Part shown: positions 1 through 12,800 of the stretch, in pieces
Layout of the letters: every line of letters begins with the position of its first letter
How positions within the stretch are numbered: the first letter of the stretch is position 1
NCBI GenBank assembly: GCA_965649765.1
Contig: OZ287756.1
Span: 10,912,001 to 10,976,000, forward strand
Reading direction: 5' to 3'
DNA from: Bispira polyomma
Taxonomy: Eukaryota
Length of the DNA stretch: 64,000 nt
Made by a program: the position numbers and the translations under genes
The notes under the pieces: model-generated
The model's database searches: none
Told to the model about the DNA's origin: nothing
The model's input: the letters and a program-made list of their open reading frames with translations, nothing else

Positions 1-116
1 CATATAAGCATTTTTAAAAGCACACAGAAATGCTTGGGGTAATTTAACAAGCATACATGATTGACTCCATGAGAACAGACTGTTGCCAGAAAAACACAAA
101 TTTAGGCGGCACTTTA

Positions 117-175
117 GCAACAGCAACACGTTGCCAAAGTTTGGCCCAAACTTTTGGCAACGTGTTGCTGTTGCC
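117..175. repeat. Near-perfect ~29 bp inverted repeat (hairpin)
   Basis: GCAACAGCAACACGTTGCCAAAGTTTGG / CCAAACTTTTGGCAACGTGTTGCTGTTGC. Confidence 0.8.
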
Positions 176-836
176 AAAGTGCCACTATTACTACTGCTGT
201 CCTTGATTCTCCAATAAAGTACAAGCCCGTGTACTTTATTTCTATTATAAGACGGACAATAATGTATTTTGAAGCAAATAATAAGATATTTCCCAACTTA
301 CTGTGAACTGTTTTTGTAGCTACTGACGTAACTATTTTTCCGTGATCTATTCTCCCAGATAAAGTACGGCTACCAATTGGGCAGTGACGGCTTTTGTGTT
401 CTATGCGCATTTCCGGTCTTTATAATGATCAATTAATCTCTGATTTATAAGATAAAATCAAGTTTTTCAAACACAACCATGGTATTATGAAGATTGCACT
501 TAGAGGTAAGCTAACAACATCAAACAAATAATCTGTGGCTCCAGTGGTGTAATTGGATAGAGACAACTTAATTGTGTAGTATTATTGTCATCATTATAAT
601 ATAAATTAATGTTTACGTACTTAAACTGTGATTTTAAAGAGTTAGGCAATTTTGGGGCGATTTTTAGACGATTTTCCGTATCACCCTCACGGAAATCCGA
701 GGTTTAGAAACAACCCTTGATTAACGCTCTCAAATAGTTTGAGAATAATTTTCGAGGTTTAGTAGCAACCCTCAAATAGGTTCTGATAATATCGCTCAAC
801 TATAGAGAGTAAAGCCAATCTCAGTAAAGCCATACA

Positions 837-3800
837 ATGGCAGACATAGTTCAGCGCAAAATTGCTGCAGTCATTGGTGCGGCTTGTGCCGACGCAGCAG
901 GTATGATCTATGAGTTTTTGAACGCTGATATATTTGTATGTTTATATAATTTATCATGTACACGGGTGGTAAGAATTCTGGCTGGTACGAATTCTGGACA
1001 ATAAATACAATTATATGGAAATACCAGGAAATACACAGAAACTACCATGTCAAACTAACATTATTTTGTAATTTATTTTACACTACTAAATGTCTTCTTA
1101 CTAAAAAAGTGACAGAATATATAATACATCAAAATTTAAATGTACAGATAGAGATACAAGTTGGTCCTATATATTGCATATGCATATAGGTCTTTTAAGT
1201 ACATCTGTTTATATCTTGTGGTGGCAAAGGAGTGACCTGATAAAATATTGTTTATATCAGATTTAATAATAAAGTTATGAAAAAAAAATAATAATAATAG
1301 GAAATAAGATGAAGAAGCATACAGAAATACTACTTTTGCGCAATTGAATCCCTATGCGGCACTCAGCCTTGCACCTCCTCCTAGCCACCAAACTGTCTAG
1401 AATTCATACCACTTGACTTAACATATAAACAAATTTAAAACCTTATTTTAAAGAATCTGTTAAAAGATGTTTCACTGGTATTGATGTATGACAGGTGTTT
1501 CATGTATACCTATTTCAGTACATTTGACTTTTTATTATATCTTCTGCGACATACTTAAATTTGAGTAAAAACATCAAATTCTGTCCAGAATTCGTACCAC
1601 CCGTGTATTATTATCTCAAATTATTAAATTTATTTACATCAAGTTGCTTTCAAATATTAAATAGCTGTAATAATGTAGAAATAACGCACTCCAATGGCAG
1701 TGTTGTGTTGCATTTAACAACAAGTAGCGATATTCGGAGCACAAAGGCTAAGCCTGAGTGCTTCTAATGTGCTATGAGGGTGTTACAGACTAATGACATG
1801 CCATTTTATTAAATAAATCTTAAACATTTGTTCTTTGGGTGCCAAGTAAACAGTGGATTTGGCTGTCGAAATATTTAAATTTAATATTTTTTAAGTTCTT
1901 TATTAATTCTCCTTTGGATTCCGTACATTATCATGCAACTGTAATGTTTGAGAGACGTAATTTGCCTACCTTTTTATGCAGATGTAACACATGCCAGGGA
2001 ACCAATCAGAATTGCAAACACTGCAGTGTCATGTTAGAATTACTATTTGGGGGGAATTCGGTAGAGTTCCTTTAATTGCTTCCTTCATTTTAATATAAAG
2101 GTAATAAAATGGATCATATGTTTTAATATTTGCAGGGAGTTCTGTTTATTGCTCCCTTCATTTACAAGTACAATAATAAAAGACAAAATGTTTTGGGGAG
2201 TTCCGTTAATTTGTTCTACCCAGGTAAAATGTGTAGATATGGTGTCTGGACGTTTCACTGTATTCCTGATTCACTTTATAGTTATTTCGCTTTTAAAGTT
2301 AGGGGTTTCGCTGTATATAATTTTAATTATAAGTATCAAGTTATTTATTTATTAATGTTTCCTCAAAAATTTAATTTGATTAAATGGCTGTATCTATATG
2401 AATACTTGACCTTAAATTCTTGTTTTGGTATCATTAGAAAGCTTTCTTATTTCCTTTATAATAGGTGTCTCCAAGTTTATTTCATGTAAATGATAAATAA
2501 GGCATTGATAGTTAAATTTTGACTGTATATTTAAATTTGTTAAAAATACAAGTTTTTATAGTAAATGTCATTGATTAAATGCTTACATCTCAGTAAATAT
2601 AGGTGATACTGATTTTGAGATAATTTATTCATAGAGCCGGATAAATATGCTTTCTGGAATTTTTGACGAAATGAAAATATATTATATAATAGCTGATAAA
2701 GTTAAAGTTGAAGGGGTAAAATAATTTTACCGTATACCAACCGAAAATAGCAACGAAATCATCATACAGCGAAACCTCCGGTAATTGTAGATATAGGGTA
2801 ATATATGGTGGCAGCTCTTGCCGAGTCAAAGGTCAGAGACAGGAAAATATCCTTTTATGGAAGTTGGTACTTTTAAGTGCTATCTACTATGGCAGTTTAC
2901 CTAATTCATAAAATTCTTCTATTATGGCTAATAAACATGTGGCTTGTTATTTCCTTTGTCGATGTGTTTACAAACATATAAAAGATAAAAGGATCAACAA
3001 ATATTTTAGAAAGCGGTATTTCTGTATAAAACAATTTAGGTAAATATAAATTTGTATAACTGGAATTGTGTTCATAAAATCAAATATTCGGATAATTGAC
3101 ATTTGGAAAATAAAGCTTCTACTGTACTTACTTGTTATCACATTAAGCTTCTCCAATAAACAACTCCCACAGAAACTCCATAAATAACGATACATATTGA
3201 TATACCAAGTGGGAGCTACAACTTGGGAACTGCATTCCTCAGTTTGTGTGTTACCCACAAGGTCAAAGCGATTCGGTGGCATTTGTGGAACCCGAAATTA
3301 TCTCTGTTGAAGCTAATTTGACTGTAAGTTAAAATTAAAAGACAGAATTTAGAACTTTTTTTATATTTAATATTTATAGCCCAGCCCTTGCACTGGGTGT
3401 ATGATCGTAAAAAGATGGATACGTTGTTTGATGAAAAAGAAGAGGTCGAGTTCTCCCCAGTTTCCCACAATCCATTCTACAGGATAGAAACAGGAAAGAA
3501 CAGTTGCTATGGGGACCAAGCCTTTGTGGTATTAGAGTCACTTGTTGAATGCAAAGGTATGTACAAAAAAATTGAATAAATAAGGCCCCGTTCACGCTAA
3601 TCCGGATTGACCAGATTGGAGATTAAACCGGATAGGGCTGAATCCGGGTTTAGTGTCCAAACTAGAAAACTAATTCTTGGGTAAATAAACTTGCTGTTTT
3701 TATAGGGCAGGCATTAAGTATCGAATACAGAAAAATCGTGTAAATTAGAGTGGGGTTATATATCTGTTAGTTTTTCTATTTAAAATAAAAAATAAACAGT

Positions 3801-6800
3801 TATGGGGGAAAATCAATTTTCTTAGTGTTTTTGATAAGCAATGTTTTACACAAAACTTTAAAAAGGATATTATAATTTGATTTTTTCTAATACATCAGAA
3901 GAACATGTTAAGTAATCAGTGTCAATGCCTTAAAACTTTAACCATGGGCTATAAGCTAATTCCAATCAAACCAAAGTAGTTTCTAATTCTATTTGGGTAA
4001 TTAAGCTACATCAAAGAAGTATAACTTGAAAAAAGACTACTCCCCCAACAATAATTGAATAAGGGCCAAGTCAAAATGTCATTTAACACAGTTTATTTGA
4101 TTATTACTAAAATGTCAATATTTCCATCAAAAAAGGTAAGCTTTTAAGAATAATAATCCGCCACTAAATTCACTAATTGAATATGGCCCATTTTAGCAAC
4201 CCCTCCTAAGTTAACATATTGATGAATTGCAATCTATACCCCACACAGCTTTAATCTCAAGATTTTACAGTACCTCCCACTGTGACCCCATTCAACTTGG
4301 CCTGCGAGTGTTTACACTGGGTAGACGGTTGGCTCAATCCCGGACAATCTGCTTCAAACTACCTCTGAACGAGGGTTGAAATTTATCCGAATTGATTGGA
4401 ATAGCGAGTGTTTAGACTTACTCTGTATCTGCTTCAATCCGGGTCAATCTGGATAAATTTACAAGTGTAAATGCAGGGTAAGTCTGTCTTTGGAGGCCTC
4501 ACAAAGGTTCCTAAAGATATTAAGTCTTCCTATATTTTCCTATTTTGTTTTCGCTTTTTTGTTAAAACCTTCTCTGTCCTATATTTTTCTGAAAATATGT
4601 ACCTTCTCTGTCCTATATTTTTCTGAAAATATGTACTTATTTCACAAAAGTGACATTAGTTTTAAGAAGTAATTGGCCGATATCAAAAATATAAAATATG
4701 TTGTAAATCTGGGCATACAATTTCAAACTAGTAACTGTATATATTTGCAACAGTCTAGACATTTTTTAGCTACTTCTGTAATTCATGCTCATAGTTTGGG
4801 TTTCTGAGCAGGTAAATGTATGCTTAGATTTAATGTATGAAGACTTTATATTGGTACTCAACACCTTGGTTTTTGGCTATGTATTCATTGAGATGTACTA
4901 TATTTCCCTATTTTTTGTGATATTTCTAAAAAATATTTGCGAGTTTTGCTGTCGCAGTTTAAAACAGTTATGATTTCTCACCCTTCATGAAAAACTGGAT
5001 TTTACATAACAACATTTTATTAGAAGGATATAAATTGTCTAATGGCATTTTCATGTATGAAACATTTAAACATCATTAAGGTGACAGTGAAACATGTTTA
5101 GACCAGAAATTGGAGTAGACCAGATTTTGGAGCGTTGACTATAATACATAGCTGAATTAAAATAAGTGAGAGACAAACAATGTAAAATGTATTGTACAAG
5201 TTGAAGCTTGTCCAAAATCTCTACTGGTACTTGATATGTATTCATATATATATATCCTAAATGTACTTCACTTTGATGTTTTCAAAACAGGTGTTGATAT
5301 CAAGGATCAAATTGAGAGAAATTACAAGTGTTTTGGCAAGGGATCTGATTATGATCAGACAAATTCCTATGAATACGATACTTCATGGAGAGAGACTTGT
5401 AAGTGGTGCTCATTTTACATGGCCATTTTGGGGAGAGCAATATTTTTCCGGATAATAGAATGTTTAGAAAATCTAGGATGCATTTTAGTATAAAATAATA
5501 GCAAAATGTAGATTTGGGAGAGTCAATGTATACTCATAAAATTGAATATTCGGATAATAGAAGTTCAGATAATAGAAGTTCTACTGTATTTAGAATATGA
5601 GAACTCATTTCGATACAAAACAATAGAAAAACCTCAATTTGGGATATAATGGAAAATAATTTAGTGATGTCATCCCCAATCAAACGTTCTATCATAATTT
5701 CACCAGATTTTCTTGATGATATCACGATTATATCATAGTTAAAAATCTTTTTGTAAAATCATCTTCTAAAAATTCTCTTGGCTTAATTTCTTTGTATTTT
5801 CATCTTGTTCGTCAACTCTTTTGTTGTATAAAATATGGATTGCTGACATTTTTTTACACTACTTGCACATGTTCCCCCCTTAATTCAGGTGTACAGTGCC
5901 TTTAAATTAGTGAACTTAATCAGTAAGTGTGCGTTTCCATGCAGGCAACTTTCTGAGGCGACCAGGCGACGGCGATTCTATCAGTTTCATTGATTTATAA
6001 CCCAAGTGTTTCCATGTGAACAACGCCGATAGGCGACAGGCAATGCTAGGCGATTTTTTCGGTACTAGGAGCGAAAAAAATCGCCTGGCATTGCCCGTCG
6101 CCTTGTAAACATTATAAGAGTTTATTTGAACCTGGTAAACATTGCCGTTTTTTTAAATAACTTGAAAAATACTGATGGTCTAAATTTAATGAAATTATGG
6201 TGAGAAAGCTTATTTTATTGGGTATATTGTGCTTTTTGTTGCATCAAAATCGGTTGAGAAATGGCTAAGATATTGAGGTTTAAATACAGATATCGATTTT
6301 TCTCAAATATTGTACAGAAACATAAAAATTGAAAATTGCCTGTTATACGTCGGCTGGTCGCCTCAGAAAGTTGCCTGCATGGAAACGTTCACTAACTGAA
6401 ATTATTTTTAATGCCACTACCTATGATATCACAATTTTAGAACTTTAACCACGATACCTAAACTATCGCCTTGCCTCAATGATATAACGATATTGGGATG
6501 TCATCCTCAGTGAAAATTGAGTTCATAACGTTGAATTTTTTTGATAATAGATTTTTTTTTCGGGTTATGGATGTTCTACTGTATTTATGTTATTATTAAG
6601 CACTGGCAATGTTTGAGTTGCTGTATGTTTTTAGTTAACCTGAAAGTCAGTTGTTGTTCTTTATATTGAACAGCCCATCAACAAAAAAAACTGCCACTTG
6701 ATGGTCCCTGGCGGCACACAGGAGTCAAGGTCTTCCTGAGCAATGTGGAACATGGGAAATCAGAAACAGGTAACCGCGGCAGCCTTACGTCTATAACTAA

Positions 6801-9800
6801 GCATCTCGTAAAAGGGACACTTATTTCTCTTTCTTCTCTGGCTCTATTTCTAGTGAACTTTATAAAAAAGTCAAAATTTATGAATTTGATGACCGTCTTA
6901 AATTTTATTAGATTTTAGGCATATTTTAGCTAATAAAAGTAAAGAGCTCAATGTTTTCAAGTAGAAGTCAAAAATTAAAAGCTTGGCAGTCGTTTTGGTC
7001 CTTCATAACCATCTTAATCTGACTAAGTTTATATCCATCTTTTTTACAGGAGGTGTGTTGGCCTACTGGCATGTCACTAATATGGGTTCGGAGTTTGTCA
7101 GGTAGTTGCTGTAGGTCGATGATTTTCTTTCCCCTTCAATCTGGCCTTCGTGATCTGATCTAAGCGACATAAAACCCAACACAATTCAAATTCTGAAAAG
7201 AAAATGTGCAGAAGCCCAACTTCTGTCCCTAAGTACATGTCTATATGCATCTTGTATCAAGGTTCAGACAAAGATGAACAAATGGATGGAGTCACCAAGG
7301 TGGCTCCACTGATCGCTCTGTACGCTGGAAGACCTGAACTCTTACACAGAGTGGAGGAGGTGATCCGTGTCATCCAGAATAATGACTTGGCAGTGGCTTG
7401 CACTCTAGCAGCAGCCAGGTAAAAGATTATTATAGAGGAAGGAATAGCACCAATTCGCCACTATATCTGAAATGTTCTGGTAGTTAGGGTGTTGGTCTGA
7501 TGATCAGAAGGTCCCCGGTTCTATTCCCGGTACCGACCACTAGTTTTCATTTGGTGGAATAACATCCTTGGGCAAGATGTGAACACAAATTTGCCTAGTG
7601 GTTTGGATGACAACTGTTAAAATGGCTGTTATCCTCTGTTGCTAAGTTCTATCTCCAGTGGCTGATTAAAGATCCTAATGCACGTTGATAAATGGTCATC
7701 CTCAAGCAAGCCTCGGCACTCATAGTGGCAGCCCATAATGAAACGCATGTAAAAGGACACTGTGTTCTGTAAAGTGACTTATAACAAATGTCTTATTTCT
7801 TTTCATTTCAAATTCACCACCTAGAAAACGTGTTTTTGGTAGACTTGTGGGTAATATGTTCTGAAAAATGTAGATTTTTGTGACAATTTGACCTGACTTG
7901 CCTAAGTTCCAGTTGTTTTTTTTTGCCGAGTTTTTATGGTTACCTTAAATTTTAGGGGTGACAAACTTCAGACACATTGGCAAATTTTAGATTCCTGACT
8001 CTAGTAGTGTTGTGACGATTCAACAAACCTCTAAGCAGTCGTCGGTGTAAAACCCATAAAGGTCTATTTCTTATAAAATTTAGGGAATCGAATGTGTAAC
8101 TAAAACTAATAAAATTACATAAAACCGACCTGGCAAAGAAACATTTTATAATCCTATTCACCAAATACTTTTATATCGGATGGAATTTTATGGAAATTGT
8201 TCCAACTTGCATTGTTTCCAATTTATCGCTATATTTGGTGAATACTAACAACCACACGGAGGAAATTTACTAAATTGCATTGTTGTGTATAATAAAAAAG
8301 TCTTTTAAGGTGATGATTGGGTGAAAATCTTTGTGATTAATCAACCTGGTAAAAATTGGCCAGGTAAAGTAAATTTGCCTTACCAACACTTTCAAAATGT
8401 TTGTGTTACATCTCAGGTAAACATGTTGGATTGACAATGAATTCGGTGTTTTAATTGTTCTAATTTGCCTCACTTCTTTTCCTTGATTTAAATGCTTCTC
8501 AAACTTTAATCAAATACAATTTTCATATTCTGAATAGTTTTAAATGATTTTCAACTTAGATATTCTTAGTAGGGGCATGACAGGGTGGCCAGGCCCTAAA
8601 AAACAGTCCACGTTTCTAAAGAAACCAAAATAAAGCTAGTTAGGGAAACAAAGTTATTGGTTGCATGCCCTATTACAGCCCAGATAAAGGAACAAATTGA
8701 ATCCTGGGGCCATATTTACAAACATTCTTAGAGTTTTATTAAAAAAAGCCTATGAATTTAGTGGATTGAAGAAGTACAAGTTAGTATTTAAGTCAAGAGT
8801 GTTATTGAATCAGTGTTGTTTCAGGTCATTTTAAAGGGGCCACGGTGGCCTAGTGGTTAGAAGCGCCTACTTTACAATCACTGGCCTCTCACCAATGTGG
8901 GTTCGAATCCAGTTCATTCCTTCACGTGGAAAAGTTTGTCAGGTGCTTGACCTAGGCTGGTGGTTTACTGTGATTCAGCACTAGTTTCTTATAATAATAT
9001 TATAATTCAAGCATTTATAGATTGGGAAGTTCTTAAGAACATCCTCCAAGGTGCTAATATCATTTTAACCGTCCATCATTAAACCTGCTGGCTGTCGTGA
9101 TATGACCTAAGCTGTTGAAAGCGTTGTAAACCCAACTAAATTCCAATTCAGGTCATTTGAACTTAGAAGAATGATTTGTTCTTGAAACAGGATTCTCCAC
9201 TGCCGATAAAGATTTTTTGCCAAAACCTTTTATTCTGATGATCTATTTTTTATGTGAATAAAATTTTAGGATATTAGAACATTACGTGTTAAATGGTCCA
9301 GATCCAGAGATGTTAGACAAGATCCTGAAGCAGCTTGAAGACCCCCAGAGGAATAATCCCCAGGTATTTGTGTTGGGATGTTACAACAAGTTGTAATGTT
9401 ATGAACAGTGTAGATGTTTGTGTGATACCCCAGCAATAAGTGAGACAAACTTTAATTTCAATGTACTATAAATGAGTTATATCACCTTCAAAAACCTCAG
9501 AAATCATGCAGAATTTGGTAGTTTTTTTTCTCCAAATATGATGTACTACAATATTTTTTTTAGTTGGGTGTGTGTGTATACCCTGTTAACAAAAATACTT
9601 AACCTTGATTTGCGGTGTCTGATGTATTATCTGGGGATACTCGTGTGTCAAATTGACACATGATGTTTCTGTATATGAAACGGTGAAGTTTTATTACCTT
9701 TATGCATGCTTTAATGTTTGTGTACACCGTGAAGTATATTTTTGGTTTTCTACACCAAAAGTCATTTTCCTCAGACTGAGGACTAAAAAGCTCACATATT

Positions 9801-12800
9801 GGTTACAAGTGTTCTCATTAACGCTTTATTGTTTTATGTATTGCCAGACATGTACGCTAGGAACCAAACAAAGCTAAATTTTACTCTCCGATAGTGTTGT
9901 TCACGGAATACCGGTAAAGCAGTTTTGTTTCACTATACCCAAAACAAACAACGTACATTCACATCTAGTGATATTTGTTTTTGTAAGAAACTCACATTTC
10001 TGCAGTAAAATATCCAATTTTACCATTTTAATTACTTTCCTTTAGTATTTCTTATGTTCGTGTAGTGCATGTTAACTTTCTAGTTGAGTTTTGACAGGAA
10101 ACAGGAAGTACAGGCGAATGGCATTATTTACGGTAGGAAAGTATTTATAATAAAAGTAAAAACGTAATTTACCGGTGTTCTGTCGATAACTTGTGAACAA
10201 AACCGGTTTCCTAAAATGTAACCTATAGCAGCACTACTCTCCGAACTAAGTTTTAAATATAAAATTTAATCGCAACACTACTCTGCTGTAGAGCTGCCCC
10301 AAACCAGTTGCAATGGAACAGAAACCAGTAGTGATGACCTATTTATTTTTTTGGCTGATTTTGAAGATTAATAAATGGTTGGTTTCTGAATAAAGCAGCT
10401 ATGATATTTTACATCGATATCGAAATATTTATCAAAACTAGTCCGTAGTGTCGATAATAAAATTGTTTGATCATATATCAATATCAAAATACATGAACTT
10501 TACGTAAATGAACAAACAAATATAAATGACATTCAGCATCAAATAAATTTACCTACGCAATATTGTTCACATATCCATTAATATAATATGGTAACACTTG
10601 CACATTTTAGTATTCGTTACAAAGTATCAACCATACCGGGATGTGAAGGTCACCTGTAATTTACCATAAACATCAAGTTATCACTCTTTTTTAAGGCAGT
10701 TGATCCATCCAAATGCTGAAAATATATTGCAATATCTATACAAAAGCACCATTTGATACCATAGCTAGGTGGTATGGAGAGTAATGGGCAGCGAATAATC
10801 TAGTTCACTTTAAGGTTGTATTCACTGTAATAATACTATATACTCTGCTGTACTTACAGGAACTTGATACTTTCATAGCAGGATCCCTCAGAAGTGTAGC
10901 TGCTGTTGTGGATAAACCTCACAAGTATGTGGTGAGGGAGGTGTTCGCTAATAACTGAGGTATTGGTCACTTTAGCTACTAATATACCCTTGTGTTGAAT
11001 CTGTCCTATCACTACTCCAAACTAAAGCTTAACCCTGACAAAACAGAATTCATCCTCATAGGAAACAAGAAAAACAGTGAACTCCTAAAATCTTTGTTTC
11101 CCATCTCCCTGCTGGGAAAAGACATACTACCTTCCGAAAATGCTAAAAACCTGGGTGTCACTTTTGATTCAGCTTTTTCGTTCGATACTCATGTTGCCAA
11201 CATCTGTCGCTCCTGCTATTACCACATACGCGACATCAAAAGAATCAGAAACCACTTGTCCATGGACACAGCGATAACTGTGGCTAATGCCTTTGTGAGT
11301 AGCCGCCTCGACTACTGCAATTCTCTCTTGTACGAAGCAAACAAGTCAAACATTAAAAAGCTCCAGTCCATCCAAAACTACCTATGTAGGGTCATTTTTC
11401 GCCTGGGTTGTCGCACAGACGTCACTCCTTACCTCAAAAAATTACACTGGTTGCCCATTAAATCTCGAATTTTGTTTAAGATTCACGTTACCACTTTTAA
11501 GGCTGTAGTCACTCAACAGCCACCCTACCTTGCCTCCCTTCTTTCCTTCAGTAACCGCAAGAGAGGCAACAGACTCTCTGTCACTTTGGCTAGACCAATC
11601 AGAAAGGTGGGTTTAAGAGCGTTCTCCACTGCAGCTCCACAGTTATGGAACAGTCTCCCAGTTGACCTCAGATCAGTTGATACACTTATCGGTTTTAGGA
11701 AAAAGCTTAAAACCTATCTTTTTAATCTTGCCTACCCACCTTAGCTTTCCTCGTGCACGCTCCCACTTCCTTCCTTACGACTTTGCAATTTCCATGGACT
11801 TAATGATTGGACTAATGATTCTGCTGTTGCGCTTTAGAAGATGCCTAGCATCAATAAAGCGCGTTAAAAATCTATAATAATAATAATTAACAATAGTATA
11901 CCTTAAAAAAAGAATCCATAAAATATGATATATAATAAGTAGGCAAATTTATTGTTTGGGAAGCAAAAATCTGATTTGAATTTGGTTCTAACATCACATT
12001 GTATAGGTCATATCACGACAGACAGTTTCAGTGTAGGAGGAAACCAGTGTATACTAGTTGGTTTAAGATTCTACCCTGTAAACTAGTGACCATTGGCAAG
12101 TAACTGGCAAATTTCCCACTTAAAACCCCAGCCATGCTAAGTGAGCACCTATATAGCATATAATATTCGTGACATTATATCGAGAAAATTGAATATTGAA
12201 CCTATCTTGCCTTTGATATCAATCTCATGACACACAAACGATTTACCCACTAATATTGACCTTGGTGAAGTCAATGATTATCTTTACTTCTATATAACCA
12301 CAGTGTTACCCAAGGCCTTCCAGTCTGCCTTACATGGTGTTTTGACACCATATACGTGAAAATCTATATAACCACAGTGTTACCCAAGGCCTTCCAGTTT
12401 GCCTTACATGGTGTTTTGACACCATATACGTGTATATCTATAACCACAGTGTTACCCAAGGCCTTTCAGTTTGCCTTACATGGTGTTTTGACACTGTATA
12501 TATATCTATATAACCACAGTGTTACCCAAAGCCTTCCAGTTTGCCTTACATGGTATGTTGACACTGTATATATATCTATATAACCACAGTGTTACCCAAG
12601 ACCTTCCAGTTTGCCTTACATGGTGTTTTGACACCATATACGTGTATATCTATATAACCACAGTGTTACCCAAGGCCTTCCAGTCTGCCTTACATGGTAT
12701 TTTGACACTATATATATCTATATAACCACAGTGTTACCCAAGGCCTTCCAGTCTGCCTTACATGGTGTTTTGACCCACTCTGTCTATGTTGATGCTGTGA

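Noticed and set aside
535-570. tRNA gene (GGCTCCAGTGGTGTAATTGGATAG)
   Set aside because: Only a 5' A-box-like portion is present, with no T-arm or acceptor stem. The other tRNA-like hits are SINE heads.
12289-12774. CRISPR-like repeat array
   Set aside because: Eukaryotic context, no unique spacers and no cas genes. The unit is a duplicated intron-exon boundary.
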